From NCBI GenBank assembly GCA_010405405.1, contig MU004239.1, positions 1,178,001-1,242,000 on the forward strand: 64,000 bases of DNA, given 5' to 3'. The translations under genes were made by a program, and so were the position numbers. The stretch is from Microthyrium microscopicum (lineage: Eukaryota). The number at the start of each line of letters is the position of its first letter. The stretch's first letter is position 1. Positions 48,521-60,282 of this stretch are shown here, piece after piece. The notes under the pieces were generated by a model. It did not search any database, was not told where the DNA came from, and saw nothing but the letters and a program-made list of their open reading frames with translations.

Positions 48521-49174
48521 ATGAGATACTCATTCGCAACACTCAGCATCGTCTCGCTGGCTGCCGCCCATGGCATGATCACGAGTCCAGCAGCGCGCCA
48601 ACCTGGTCCAGCTATGGCAGCTGCCTGCGGAGCACCCGCCGTCGCCGCCGCCATGTCTGACCCGACCAATCCTCTCGAAGACATTGACGTGAGTGCCGCT
48701 ACACCACAGTGCAAACTCGATCTCTGCCGCGGAGCCACATTCGCAGACAACAAAGACCGCATGCAGACATTCACCGCCGGCCAAGTAATCCCCATGAAAG
48801 CCGTCCTACCTATTCCCCACGAAGGACCCATGAACGTCTCCATCATCGACACGGCGACGAACAAGGCAGTCGCACCACCGTTGATCAGCTTCAAGAGCTA
48901 TGCGGACGAGAACTTGGCGACGCTACCAGCAAACAACACAGCGTTTAGCGTGACGATGCCAGCGTTGAAGGCGGGTATGTGTGCGCAGGCAGGACAGTGC
49001 ACAATGCAGTGGTTCTGGGTAGGCACCAAGGCGATGCAGACATATGAGAGCTGTGTGGACTTTGTGATGGCGCCAGCTGCTGCAGCTGCTGCCCCTGCTC
49101 CTGCGGCATCACCATCGGTTATATTTGCTGCTCCACCAGCGCCCATTGTAGTGGCAAGAGGTTTTCGAGCTTAG
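48521..49174 (+). CDS. Lytic polysaccharide monooxygenase-like protein, CAZy AA16
   Basis: Signal peptide ends just before His1 (HGMITSPAARQPG); LCRGATFADN, second His in PIPHEGPMNVSIIDT, CTMQWFW, QTYESCVDF match the AA16 pattern. Confidence 0.88.
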   Translation: MRYSFATLSIVSLAAAHGMITSPAARQPGPAMAAACGAPAVAAAMSDPTNPLEDIDVSAATPQCKLDLCRGATFADNKDRMQTFTAGQVIPMKAVLPIPHEGPMNVSIIDTATNKAVAPPLISFKSYADENLATLPANNTAFSVTMPALKAGMCAQAGQCTMQWFWVGTKAMQTYESCVDFVMAPAAAAAAPAPAASPSVIFAAPPAPIVVARGFRA

Positions 49175-49402
49175 ATCCGAAGGGTTTTAGTTCATTTTGG
49201 GGTGTTTTTTGCTTTGTTAGATACCTAGTTAGACTTTGATTCAATAGAGGATATGTTTGAATGCCAACAACGTTTATCATTAGTGTGATATGTAGCTTAG
49301 CGATCGGCTGCGCTCAAGTCAATATTTACCATCCTTTAACCCGCAACCGTATGAGGAAATCAGAAGAACGCCGTAGATGCAAAGTATTCAGATGAGAGAC
49401 GT

Positions 49403-51046
49403 TCATTTGACTTGACCGTTTTGCTCCTTAAGTAAACCGACGTCTTCATCATCAGCATCCTCTTCATCAGTCATGAGGCCATCGAGCTCGAATTCCTCAG
49501 CACCACCAAGTGCGTGGCCGTTAGCGCGACCGTTGATATGGCCGTTCCCGTTGATATGGCCATTCCCGTTGATATGGCCATTGGATTCTGGGTCGAGTTT
49601 GATCGATGCTGGCGCGGCATTGACGGCATAGAGATATATGAGCATATTTGCAACTTGGAGAAGTTAGTAATTGAATGACAAAGATATTGTTGTGAAACTT
49701 ACACAGGAACATGAGGAATGCTACACTATATAGAATAAGCAAGTACGACACATGGTCGACGCCGGCGGCATCCAAAGTGACCATTTGTTCTTCAGTAGCA
49801 CCCATGAATAGGAATCCACCAGCAGTAAGAAGCTGTATTTTGATTAGCGATATATCCCAGATGTCAACAGAGAGAGAACTCACGAAAGGTGTTAGGAATT
49901 GCCAACTGTTTGGTTCGCCATTTGGTGTTCCCTGCTTGTCCTTCAAGATAAAGCTAATCTCGATAATTCGAACTAGTCCCGCGGCCATGAGAGTATATCC
50001 AAAAATGGCGTGTGTTTTGGCTGAGATCATTAGCGACTGAGGATGGGAGCTCATGGCATAACCAGTCAAGAATATGACCAGCGCCGGAACGAAGTTGCGT
50101 TTTGGTGCTCCTGAAGTGCTGCGGCTAAGCCACATGCCTAAGAGACCGGCGCACCACCAGATGACACCCATCGTGGTATGTTGAATATCGTTATGAACCC
50201 AATCAGTTCCCCATCGATGTTCAGTGAATGTGTTTACACAGCCCCAGGCCGCGATCACGGCGCTATCAAAGAACTCTTGGGATTTGCCGGTTCGTCGTAG
50301 CCAAGCCTGGCCGACCAGTAAGAGAATAGTGAGCATAATGGCGTAGCCGATGAATGCGCTACCCATGATGAAATGGGCGAGACATTGGCCGAGATGGTCG
50401 CCTCGACAGAAACCGAGTGATGCAATTCCGCCGAAAAGAAGTTGTACCCATGATGCCACTGGCATGACCTTTCCAACAATGCCATGAGCACGTACCAAGA
50501 TAGGTCGTACTTTGCCCAGGATGCCCTTTTCGAGATGCAGCTTTAGGTATATTCCGAGGATGACTTGAGTTGCCAGAAGAAAGTTGAGCCAGGGCGCGAA
50601 CTTTGCGTGAGCCGTCGGCGCAAATTGTCGTCCTTTATGAGCATGGCCTAAGAAGTATCCGACTATCGCAAAGCATGTTCCGAGGATCTGAACTGGTACG
50701 TGCCATCTATTCCGAACAATCTACTGATGTCAGCTCCGTCCTCAATCTTTGAACTGTCGTGACTTACGCCGAGCACCATTCCGGTGGGAAATAAGATCCC
50801 CCATCCAAATATCTGTATTAAAATATGTATCCATAATATTTTGTCCTATTGCGCGCATCAGTATAACCTTGCCGGAACCGGGCGGAGGTAGCACAAGCTT
50901 ACGATGGGATCGCTCGAGATTCCCTCTCCTTCAGCTATGTTATTCATATGGTGTTCATGTCCGTTGACGACGTTCGAGAGAAGGAGGAGGGCGAGAGACG
51001 ATGTGAGCATAACGGGCCGCGCCGTCCGAGGCAGTAATTGTGTCAT
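49403..51046 (-). CDS. YTP1-like multi-pass membrane protein (cytochrome b561-like/DUF2427 N-terminus)
   Basis: Signal peptide then HEHHMNNIAEGEGISSDPI; CRGDHLGQCLAHFIMGSAFIGY, VNTFTEHRWG, HNDIQHTTMG, LFMGATEEQM; several introns. Confidence 0.85.
49532..49583 (-). repeat. 18-bp tandem repeat encoding (NGHING)x3 in the YTP1-like C-terminus
   Basis: Three near-identical cgttgatatggcc(g/a)ttcc units on the + strand. Confidence 0.85.
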
Positions 51047-51725
51047 GTCGGAAACGCTTGCAGGAAGGCGTGCCACGCGTGGCGGATAGGGACGATGTTT
51101 GATCAAGCCGTGAATCCAATCTTCAGCAACTCACTGGTAGGCTTTTGGAGTTTTCGTGAGAAGTTCAGTGTCGATAGGAGTGAACGCGCGGCATAGGAGT
51201 GGTGGAAGTGAAGTGAATCCGCATGAGGGCTGTTACTCAATTAGAATCCCTGATTTGAAAATAGATCATAGTAACCCTAACCCTCAATATATAAAGAGTC
51301 CAGCAGTGAAGCCGACAGTTCGTAATAATTTACAGTTAAATATACCAAGAATTTTTCTGAGCTTGGCAAATTATTGATCTTGTTGTCGTTGCCAATTTTA
51401 GAATGTGGACCATTCTTTTCTATATTGAACGGCCCTGGAAAGAATTTCAAGTATCAACAGCTCGATATGTCATGACCATGCTTATAGCATTTGGTATCAA
51501 CTTACACCAGCAATATATACGGAGTCGCATTAGTTAGTTCCAGATGCTGAATCGGCTCATTTTTTTCTTGGGTGTTGTAGGGGACGCGGCACAGCCTAGG
51601 AGATGATGCTGCATTCCCGTATAAATTACAGCTCAGAAGCATTAGAACCAGTGACCAACGACGTTTATTCCATCGCGTCATAATATACTACACTCTATAT
51701 TTCTCAGAGTTGACGATAGCCTCGT

Positions 51726-52380
51726 TCACCTAATTGTCTTGTCCACAAACTTCTTCTCTAACCGTGCAACTTCCCGACGGAACTTTTCCTTTTCCTCCCA
51801 GCAATTGAGAGGTTTCCGGTCGTTTATTCTCAAACATGTCACCAGACCATCTCTTGCCTTTTCTACGTCTGCATCAGGCTCTTCGAGCTTCTTTCGTCCA
51901 GTTAATTTCTTCTTCAAGAGCTCAATCTCCTTGGATACGCTCTCGTGTGACCGTTGCGACTTTTGACTATCTTGGTTCTGGTTCACGGGCGAGTTCGAAA
52001 GGAATGAATTGGATGACTTGGGTGCCTCATCATCTGGTAAGGGTATCGATTGCGTGACCTTGAGGAGCTTTTGTGATTCTTCAGACGCTAGCTTCTCAAG
52101 CTCTGATTTTAGCCGGGCTTGAACCTTGAGCTCGATGTTCGCGGATCTCGTTGAGTCGGTCTATGTATTGCTATTAGCACACGAAAGCTGGCTTCAGGAT
52201 GCTAAAGTCGATTACTTGAGGACTAGTTTCTAAATTGTTGAGGAAGCTCGGGGAGAAGGTTGTTGGTGCTGATCTATCGCATGTCAGTTACAGGTTCTTC
52301 ATGGAACTCCGCAGGGCAACTGACGCGGCAAATATATGTTGCGGTGGCTCAGTAGCCGGTTTTGAGGTTTCGGCGCCCAT
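51726..52380 (-). CDS. MIC19: MICOS subunit Mic19-like (DUF1690)
   Basis: MGAETSK N-myristoylation-type start, TDSTRSANIELKVQARL, C-terminal LVTCLRINDRKPLNCWEEKEKFRREV; two introns. Confidence 0.85.
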
Positions 52381-52667
52381 TATGAATCGGATTTGAGGGC
52401 AATTGGATTGTTGAGATGTCCTCTGGAAATTCTCATCGGCTGTCGTAGGAATCGCGAAGCACATGGTGGTCTGTGCTCGCGGCGGCTTCCATCTTCAATT
52501 CTTGGCGATATTCAACACCATAAACATCACGACAGTACACTCCTTGGCCATCTCCATTTTATGTTAAAGCTGTGCCCTCAAAACCACGACATCTGGAGCA
52601 AGAAACCCCCGACGCGAATGTTCATTGAAAAAGCAAGCCCGACACTGCTCCCGGTCGCGTCGAGCTG

Positions 52668-53417
52668 ATGCAATCTTCCATTACGTCGTGGCTCAATAAA
52701 AAACCTCCTCGGCCAAAAGTCGCGTCAGGAATTACCGCGCCAGACAAGTTAAAGCTTCAAAGCCCGTTCGATTCTTCACAGTCACCACGCGTAGTTGATG
52801 AATTATCGTCTCAAAAACATGTCAACGTCACCAAGAAGGCTTGCGGAATCCCGACTAAGGCCCAAGTGCAGGCGGTAACTGAAGCCACACTCCCGGAGCT
52901 ACGAAAACTAGTTCAGATTCTTCTACCCATTCCCTACCCCGACAAGTTCTTCAGGGAGATCTTAAATGATGAGGTCACAGCTTCCTTGACGCTCGTTGTA
53001 CTCTGGTCTGATGACGAACCTATTTCCAACCCACGGGTTGTTGCCGGAATCCGGGGCAGACTTCTCGCAAAGACTCCAAATGGTAACACAACTGTAAAAC
53101 AGTTGGACCTGGAAAAGCCATGCTTATACATTGCTACAATCGGCACACTGGCTCCCTATCGCGGTCATGGACTTGCCACGACGCTGCTACGTCAAATTAC
53201 CGCACGCGCTATTGAAGATTACGGGATAGCGACTGTTACTGCACATGTCTGGGAAACGAACGAAGAAGCGCGAGGGTGGTACTCAAATCTTGGGTTCACA
53301 GAAGTCCTCTACGAACCCCATTATTATCGCCGACTGAAGCCGAGCGGAGCATATTTGTTGGAACGACGGGTTCGCCCGACGGATTTGTTAAATGACCCGA
53401 GAAAGGAGAACGCATAA
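52668..53417 (+). CDS. GNAT acetyltransferase, Naa50/Nat5-like
   Basis: LLPIPYPDKFF, LYIATIGTLAPYRGHGLA (acetyl-CoA motif A), AHVWETNEEARGWY..LGF, YYRRLKP. Confidence 0.85.
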   Translation: MQSSITSWLNKKPPRPKVASGITAPDKLKLQSPFDSSQSPRVVDELSSQKHVNVTKKACGIPTKAQVQAVTEATLPELRKLVQILLPIPYPDKFFREILNDEVTASLTLVVLWSDDEPISNPRVVAGIRGRLLAKTPNGNTTVKQLDLEKPCLYIATIGTLAPYRGHGLATTLLRQITARAIEDYGIATVTAHVWETNEEARGWYSNLGFTEVLYEPHYYRRLKPSGAYLLERRVRPTDLLNDPRKENA

Positions 53418-53549
53418 TCTCAAGGGGATATTTCTTGCTGGATCGGCTCCTTACCCGAGTGTGACATGGCCAGATGATTACGCCTTTGGCTAGCCTATGC
53501 TGTGTAACGCTCAACTTCATATGAATTCGCGCTGGTCAAGCACCATGCT

Positions 53550-54255
53550 GCTAACAAGAAAGAATGCTTCCGGAAACCTTCTTGATCAATTTAGTAGCCA
53601 AGCGCATGGAGTCCCTGCCTTGTTCATCCGAGTTTCCGGTCAAGCCTGTGGCATCATGATGACATTGTTCAACCATGCTTCGCGGAAGAGGTCGTTGGTC
53701 CCAGAGCCGGATGGAATTTCCGGTTCTGACCTCAAGGCTATCGATAAATTCCTGTTCCAACCCATGTCTCTCGAAGGATTGAGATGCGGAACTGCTTTAA
53801 ACTCCACCTCCTCGTTCTAATATCGATATATAAAGACAACGATTCACTATCGCGGTATTTACAACAATCTTCCATTGTCCAGAGTGGTCACAAGTTTTCG
53901 CAGACAACAAGCTTTCGAAGTTCGCACACGATTCCATTTCGTGCTGACTCGATGAGGTATGAATGGAGCTGTAGACAATTCGTCAATCATCAACTCTACC
54001 TTTCGGTATTGATTCCTCCAGTTGCGTTCCTTTTGAATTGATGTAGTATCGATTTGTCACTACGATCAACACTATATCCAGAGCATGAATGTCTCAGTCT
54101 GAACATCATCCTAAGAAAGAATGTCGTATGGCTAAGTCTTGGCATCTGATAACTTCCCAGGCTCGAAAGGACTGAATTGTTTGGAGTCGTACCAGGGTAG
54201 CCGTTCCTCGTCAAAGAGCTGAAATGTTCCCGGTTTGCGGTTGGATAGTCTTGCT
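53550..54255 (-). pseudogene. Possible heavily decayed SRPK/Sky1-like kinase relic
   Basis: Minus strand ~54130-54250 reads FQLFDEERLPWYDSKQFSPFEPGKL then stops, resembling the EEExLPxY...FYP...G opening of fungal SRPK-like kinases; downstream similarity is weak. Confidence 0.3.
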
Positions 54256-55370
54256 AGATTTCTTCAATGTCTCGCAGCCTTGTCCTACCACCAACTTTAA
54301 AACATCATGTGCTGCTTATGTCCATCTAACTTTCCCATCGCAGTTGGAACCAGTTATTCAACAACACGTAGGTTTCGATCCGAAGTTCAAATCCATGGCA
54401 ATCTAAAGATTTGCGGGAATTGTGGAAAGAGGTCAGACGTGCTTCGTCGCCACGCGCATGGAGAGTCCAAATAATCATAGGACAAGACAATTGTAAGACT
54501 TTAGTCACCATCTTTGAGTATCTCATACTTGCGCATCTTAAAAGCATAAACATAATTTCAGTTATGCTGGTTGACAAAGTACCAGCTCAAGAAAAAAGGC
54601 TGCTTCCGAAACTACAAGACCTTTGATATAACTCCAGAGAACCTCAATTTTAGCAAAACACCAATCTGCTCAAAGAATACCTGATTACGTTCTTTATTTT
54701 GGGCTACTTGTCGAATCAAGGTTGTGAATCACACGGTAGTAGGCAGGCTATCAAATGGAGCAAATCGGTAGGTAGTATTTGGACGGCATCCTTGCGGAAG
54801 ATCGACTGGATTATTTGGATAGCAAAGCCCAACTGGGTCATGATTGAAGAGAGTCAGTACCTGGCTCCCACGACCCCTGGTAGATCACGGACTCGAAGTA
54901 CCTTCTCTTCACCAAATCATTAAAGTCGCCGAAACCTTCATCAGCAATTCCTCAGATACAATCAAGCATTACCGAGTAAATCCCTCAGTGAAACTTATAT
55001 TCGTCGACATGGATTATTGCGAATTGTCTCCAGACACGATGCATTCCATGCTACATGGATCCTATTCCGTGTGATATTTCTTGTCGGCTTACATGGAGCC
55101 ATCTTGTCTGATTCGTACACAGGAGAACTCCGAGCCTGACCTCTAATTCTTATACACCATGATGAAGGAACGAACCCGAATCTGGAAGGTGTAGGAATTT
55201 TGGTCTAATGACACGTTTGACTACTACTTTAGCAAATAGTCGGAGTATGGATCCAACATGCGGCGCAGACAGATATTAAGGATCGCTATATTGCTCCTAT
55301 CTCTCGAATCCAGCTACGTCTTGAGCTATTGTCCATATATTTCATTCTATTTACGGTGATCGTGCCAGTA

Positions 55371-56602
55371 ATGAAGCTAACAATCTGGACTGCTTTAATA
55401 ACAGCTGTGTCTGCACAATCTTATAGATTGACAGACTCATACACTGGCAACAATTTCTTTTCCAAGTTCGACTTCTTCACGGGCGACGACCCAAATCATG
55501 GATTTGTGGAGTAAGTACAAATACGAGCCCTTCAAATTATTGGGGAACTAACTCTTGATACAGCTACCAGAGTCAAAGTAGCGCTCAATCCAGAGGATTA
55601 ATTTCAAGTACCTCTGACTATGTCATAATCGCTGCTGATGCGACGAATGTCTATCCGCGAAGTGCTAGAGGTCGGCCAAGTGTGCGGATTGAAAGCATCA
55701 ACAGCTACACTACAGGACTGTTTGTGGCTGATATTGAACACATGCCCGGGAATGCTTGTGGTATCTGGCCCGCATTCTGGACTTTGGGCTCTGACCCGTG
55801 GCCGCAAAATGGAGAAATAGGTAAGTCACTGAATTCGCCTGATTCAATGGTTCTTCGTATATTGATTTCGACTACAGACATCATTGAAGAAATCAACCTG
55901 AATGCGAACAATCAGTACACACTCCATAGTGGAGATGGCGCTTGCAGTATATCTGGTTACAGTGGAGCAGGAAGAATCAGTTCTGGAAACTGTCAAGTAA
56001 GCAAATTTGTACATAAAAGTCATGCTTCGGAGCTAAGATGCTACAGACAACCAACAATGGAAATGTTGTCAATACTGCTGGATGTACTATCCAACCTCCT
56101 TCAGTAAACAACTACGGCAATAATTTCAACAACAACAATGGTGGCACTTACGTGATGCAATGGACTAACAGCGTGATCAACTTCTGGTGAGTGTTCCAGT
56201 CCCATGTACTTGATCTTGCTGATACCAAGGGAACAGGTTCTTCCAACGAGGCCAACAGCCTGAAACACTTACCAGTGGTAGCCCAGATGTTGGACAGCTC
56301 GGGACTCCGGACGCATCATTCAACGGCTGTGATATCGGTTCTCATTTCCGAGACAATCGACTAATAATCAACACAAACTTCTGTGGCGATTGGGGTAAGT
56401 TGACAAACTCCATCAATAAATATCTATACCTTACTAATCACTTCTCACAGCTGGTGGAAATGGCTTGTACTCATCACAGTGTCCGTTGGTGAATGGAGCA
56501 TCTGATGCTGAATCGTGTGCGCAGCATGTGGCTGCAAATCCAGGCGATTATGCTACTGCGTATTGGCAGATTAATTCCATCAATGTATTCAGCGCTTCCT
56601 GA
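55371..56602 (+). CDS. GH16 endo-1,3(4)-beta-glucanase
   Basis: Signal peptide; FFSKFDFFTGDDPNHGFV, GRPSVRIES, HMPGNACGIWPAFW, catalytic WPQNGEI|DIIE, INTNFCGDW, AYWQINSINVF; five introns. Confidence 0.93.
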
Positions 56603-56925
56603 GTATAACGCAATTGGGGCGGGTGTTTGAAGTTGTTATCCTGTATAATTTGATGAAAGTAATGCAACCATATAATGAACTAAGCTTCTGGTATATCGTG
56701 AGAGAATGACATTGAAAGGCATATAATGCTGATGCTGAAGCTGAAGCTGAAGATAAAGATCGATCGAAAGTACCTTTGATGCAGTATACGAGTAGCCAGG
56801 TGATGTTGTTCTCGAATATTTCGCGGGGCAAGGGCATACCTCGATCACAGGTCTGACTGTCGATGCGCTAGATTGCACGATTTGCATCTGATATTGAGCA
56901 AGGAGTTATGTCCTGACTCCTGAGG

Positions 56926-57075
56926 TACCGAAAAATTCCATTCAGTTGCACAAAGCTAGCGCGATTTTCTAGCGAGGTTCTGTTCCTAATCAATAGTGAG
57001 GGTCCCCTAAATCAGAAGCACCCCCTGCAAGAAAAACCACGCTAGCTTTGTGCAACTGAATGGAAGTTTTCGGTA
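56926..57075. mobile_element. MITE-like element: ~150 bp with terminal inverted repeats, bounded by TA
   Basis: Left TACCGAAAAATTCCATTCAGTTGCACAAAGCTAGCG; reverse complement of the right end TACCGAAAACTTCCATTCAGTTGCACAAAGCTAGCG (35/36 identical), with imperfect pairing further inward. Confidence 0.7.
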
Positions 57076-57139
57076 AAGAGAAGACAGAGGAGACGGAAGA
57101 AGGAGTTGGAGACAGGATGTGGAGGTGGCTGGAGAAGTG

Positions 57140-57185
57140 GCGCGAAGAACTTTCAGCCTCAAAAGAAAGCTCTAGAATTTCCATC
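57140..57185 (+). promoter_or_regulatory. Heat-shock-element-like motifs upstream of STI1
   Basis: GAActTTC and CTCtaGAAttTCC (imperfect nGAAn inverted arrays) ~150-190 nt before the STI1 ATG; STI1 is a known Hsf1 target in yeast. Confidence 0.5.
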
Positions 57186-57328
57186 ACAAGCTCACTCCAC
57201 CTAGCAACCTGAACTATTTCAGCCTGCCAACAACCCTCTACATTGACAACTCTTCATCCCGCCATATCCAAGCTAGACGACATCCAAAGCCCATCTCTGC
57301 TACTCTCTACAGCCTCCTATCCTTCACC

Positions 57329-59247
57329 ATGGCCGACGCTCTCAAAGCTGAAGGCAATAAGCTCTTCCAAGAGAAGAAGTTCGAGGAGTCCATGTAAGTA
57401 CATGTTTGTTGATTTGATCATGCCCGATTTAACCTGCAGTTAGCGAGAAATTCACCCAAGCCATCGAAATAGATCCCTCAAACCATGTTCTCTACTCCAA
57501 TCGATCGGGCTCGTATGCATCGCTAAGTCAATTCGACAAGGCTCTTGAAGATGCAAACAAAGTTGTCGAAATCAAGCCAGACTGGCCCAAAGGATACACA
57601 CGCAAGGCCCACGCTTTACATAGAAAGAACGATCTACGTAAGATCCTTGAGCAGCTCTTTGGATCCTCCAAGCTAATTATATAATCTTGTAGTCGAAGCA
57701 TACGAGGCGTATGAGCAAGCACTAAAACTCGATCCTGCGAACGCGCAAGCGAAGCAAGGTCTTGCATCCGTTGATCGCGCAATGAAGGCCGAAGTCACCG
57801 ACAATCCAATGGGCAGCTCCAGTAACCCTATGGATAGCTTTTCCAACATGTTCTCTGATCCTCAGCTTATGACCAAACTTGCTAGCAACCCCAAGACTAG
57901 CCACCTCCTCGGAGACTCCGAATTCATGATGAAGCTACAACGTCTACGACAAGATCCAAACGCGTTCAGTGGAGAGACCCTACAGGACCCTCGATTCCTA
58001 CAGGTCTTTGCTGTAATGATGGGTCTCGACATGTCGTTTGGAGGACAAGGATCAAAGGAGCAGGCTACTGCTCAACGAGCAGCTGGAAAGGTGGAGGACG
58101 AAGATGAGGAAATGCCAGATCTTGAACCCGCTTCAAAGAAGGCTAAGCCAGAGCCTGTGCCAGAGCCAGAACCAGAACCAGAAGATGAGGAAGCAAAAGC
58201 CAAGGCCGAAGCAAAGACAAAGGGTGATGCAGAAAAGAAGCTTGGAACTGATGCCTACAAGAAGCGACAATTCGACGAGGCAATCGAACATTATACCAAG
58301 GCATGGGAGCTCAACAAGGATATAACATATCTTACCAACCTTGGCGCGGCTTACTTCGAGAAAGGTGACTTTGAGAAGTGCATCGAATCCTGCCAAAAGG
58401 CCATCGAAGAGGGCCGTGAAGTCCGTGCCGACTTCAAGCTCATTGCCAAAGCCTTTGGCCGCATTGGCACAGCTTACGAAAAGCTCGAAGACCTCCCCCA
58501 CGCCATCAAAAACTACAATTCCTCCCTCACAGAGCATCGCACACCCGAAATCCTCACCAAACTCCGCGCTGCCGAAAAGGCCAAGATCACAAAAGAGAAG
58601 AACTCATACATCGACCCTGAGAAGGCTGAAGAAGCTCGTGTTCTCGGCAATGACAAGTTCAAGGCCGCTGACTGGCCTGCCGCCGTCGAGGCCTACACGG
58701 AGATGACGAAGCGTGCCCCTGAAGATCCTCGTGGCTACAGCAATCGTGCTGCCTGCCTCATCAAGCTGCTTAGTTTCCCAGCGGCAGTACTGGACTGCAA
58801 TGAGGCCATTCAGCGCGACCCCAAGTTCATCCGTGCGTATCTACGTAAGGCGCAGGCATACTTTGCCATGCGTGAGTACAACAAGTGTCTAGATGTGTGC
58901 ACTGAAGCGGCTGAACATGATGAGGGTGGCAAGAATACCCGTGAGATTGAACAGCAACAACAGAAGGCCGTACAGGCGCAGTTCTCGGCTCGTGAGGGTG
59001 AGACGGAGGAGCAGACGATGAAGCGTGTACAGGAGGATCCTGAGGTAAGTTATTAGTGTCACAGTATTGATGCTTCATGGCTAATCGTCTCTAGATTCTC
59101 AAGATTTTGCAAGACCCAGTCATGCAGACCATTCTCCAGCAGGCAAAGGCGGATCCAGCTGCCTTACAAGAGCACATGAAGAACCCCCAGATCCGTGCGT
59201 CAGTCCAGAAGTTGGTTGCAGCAGGTGTGATTCGTATGGGACGGTAG
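57329..59247 (+). CDS. STI1: Hsp70/Hsp90 co-chaperone Sti1/Hop
   Basis: MADALKAEGNK, NHVLYSNRS, IKPDWPKGY, TPR2A/2B (SLTEHRTPEIL, DPRGYSNRAACLIKL), C-terminal DP repeats (ILQDPVMQTILQQ); three introns. Confidence 0.97.
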
Positions 59248-59500
59248 ATAGTTTGACTAGGCGGTGGGCTCTAGGTATGTACAGAGCACGATTAATGTTA
59301 AATGTACTCAGCGTTGCAATTATATCTAACTTTGTTAAATACCATAAGATGCTAGAAGTTACTACTGATATCATACAAGTGCCCAAAAGATTTTATCAGC
59401 CTCGTATTCAGCATATCGCTTCTTCCATGGCACCAACAGCTTAGCAAATATGCCCAAGTAAATCCATCCAGCTAAAATCCTTACTCGAATAACATTTTGC

Positions 59501-60282
59501 TCACATGAACGGATCTTTCAACTTGATATGCTCCAATGATCCAATCCACCGACTAGTCCTCTTCCCTCTCATATGATGCACATCCGCCCACCGTTTTGCA
59601 ACTTCGAGAACCTGCGGGCAAAAACTCTCTCGTGGACCTAGTGGATTGCGCAATACCCAGTTCAACTTATCAAGTCGCTGTCGAAGCTCTTCCACCAACT
59701 GTTTCTCCATGTTAGCCATATCGCTAGCTCAGCTAAGTTTTGACCGTCACTTACTGCGTCCTCCAGCGCAATCTTTGTAGCCCAAGTATCCTCATCATCA
59801 CAATCCAGTCTCAACAGTGTGTACCTAACCTGCCGGACCGAACTTCCCTCTTCCTCCACGAGACGAGCCCGTTGTAGTAGACAAGGACTGCTTGGTTCTG
59901 TGCGTTCACAGCGTGTGCAGGCTGGTTTTCTGGCGTCACAGGGGAGACCTTTGAGGGCACATTGGAGACAGGGCGGGGAAATGTGGTAGGATAGGCTGGA
60001 TAGATATAGAGGAGTGGCTTTCTTTGCTGAGGGAGCGGCGCTGGAGGTTTGAGTGGTGGTTGCTGGTGTGGTTGGAGCTGTAATCAGGTTGCTGGTTGAG
60101 GACTCAGATGGAGCCGCAAAGGTTGTGGATGATTGAGTTGATATTGGAGAGCTGGACTCTTCTGCGTCGAGCTCGTGAGAGAGGTCTCGTTCTGGTGTCT
60201 TCAGCTTTTGGGTATTGTCTGGGTCTCCATGTGGGATGGAGAGCTTGGTGCTCAGAAGTAGGTTGCAGACTTGGCTTTCCAT
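59501..60282 (-). CDS. Small Zn(II)2Cys6-like protein
   Basis: CLQCALKGLPCDARKPACTRCERTEPSSPC after an S/T-rich tract; one intron near 59705-59754 joins the 59501-59719 frame. Confidence 0.7.

Noticed and set aside
56725..56755. (GCTGAA)n-type microsatellite downstream of GH16
   Set aside because: Short simple repeat with no further structure.
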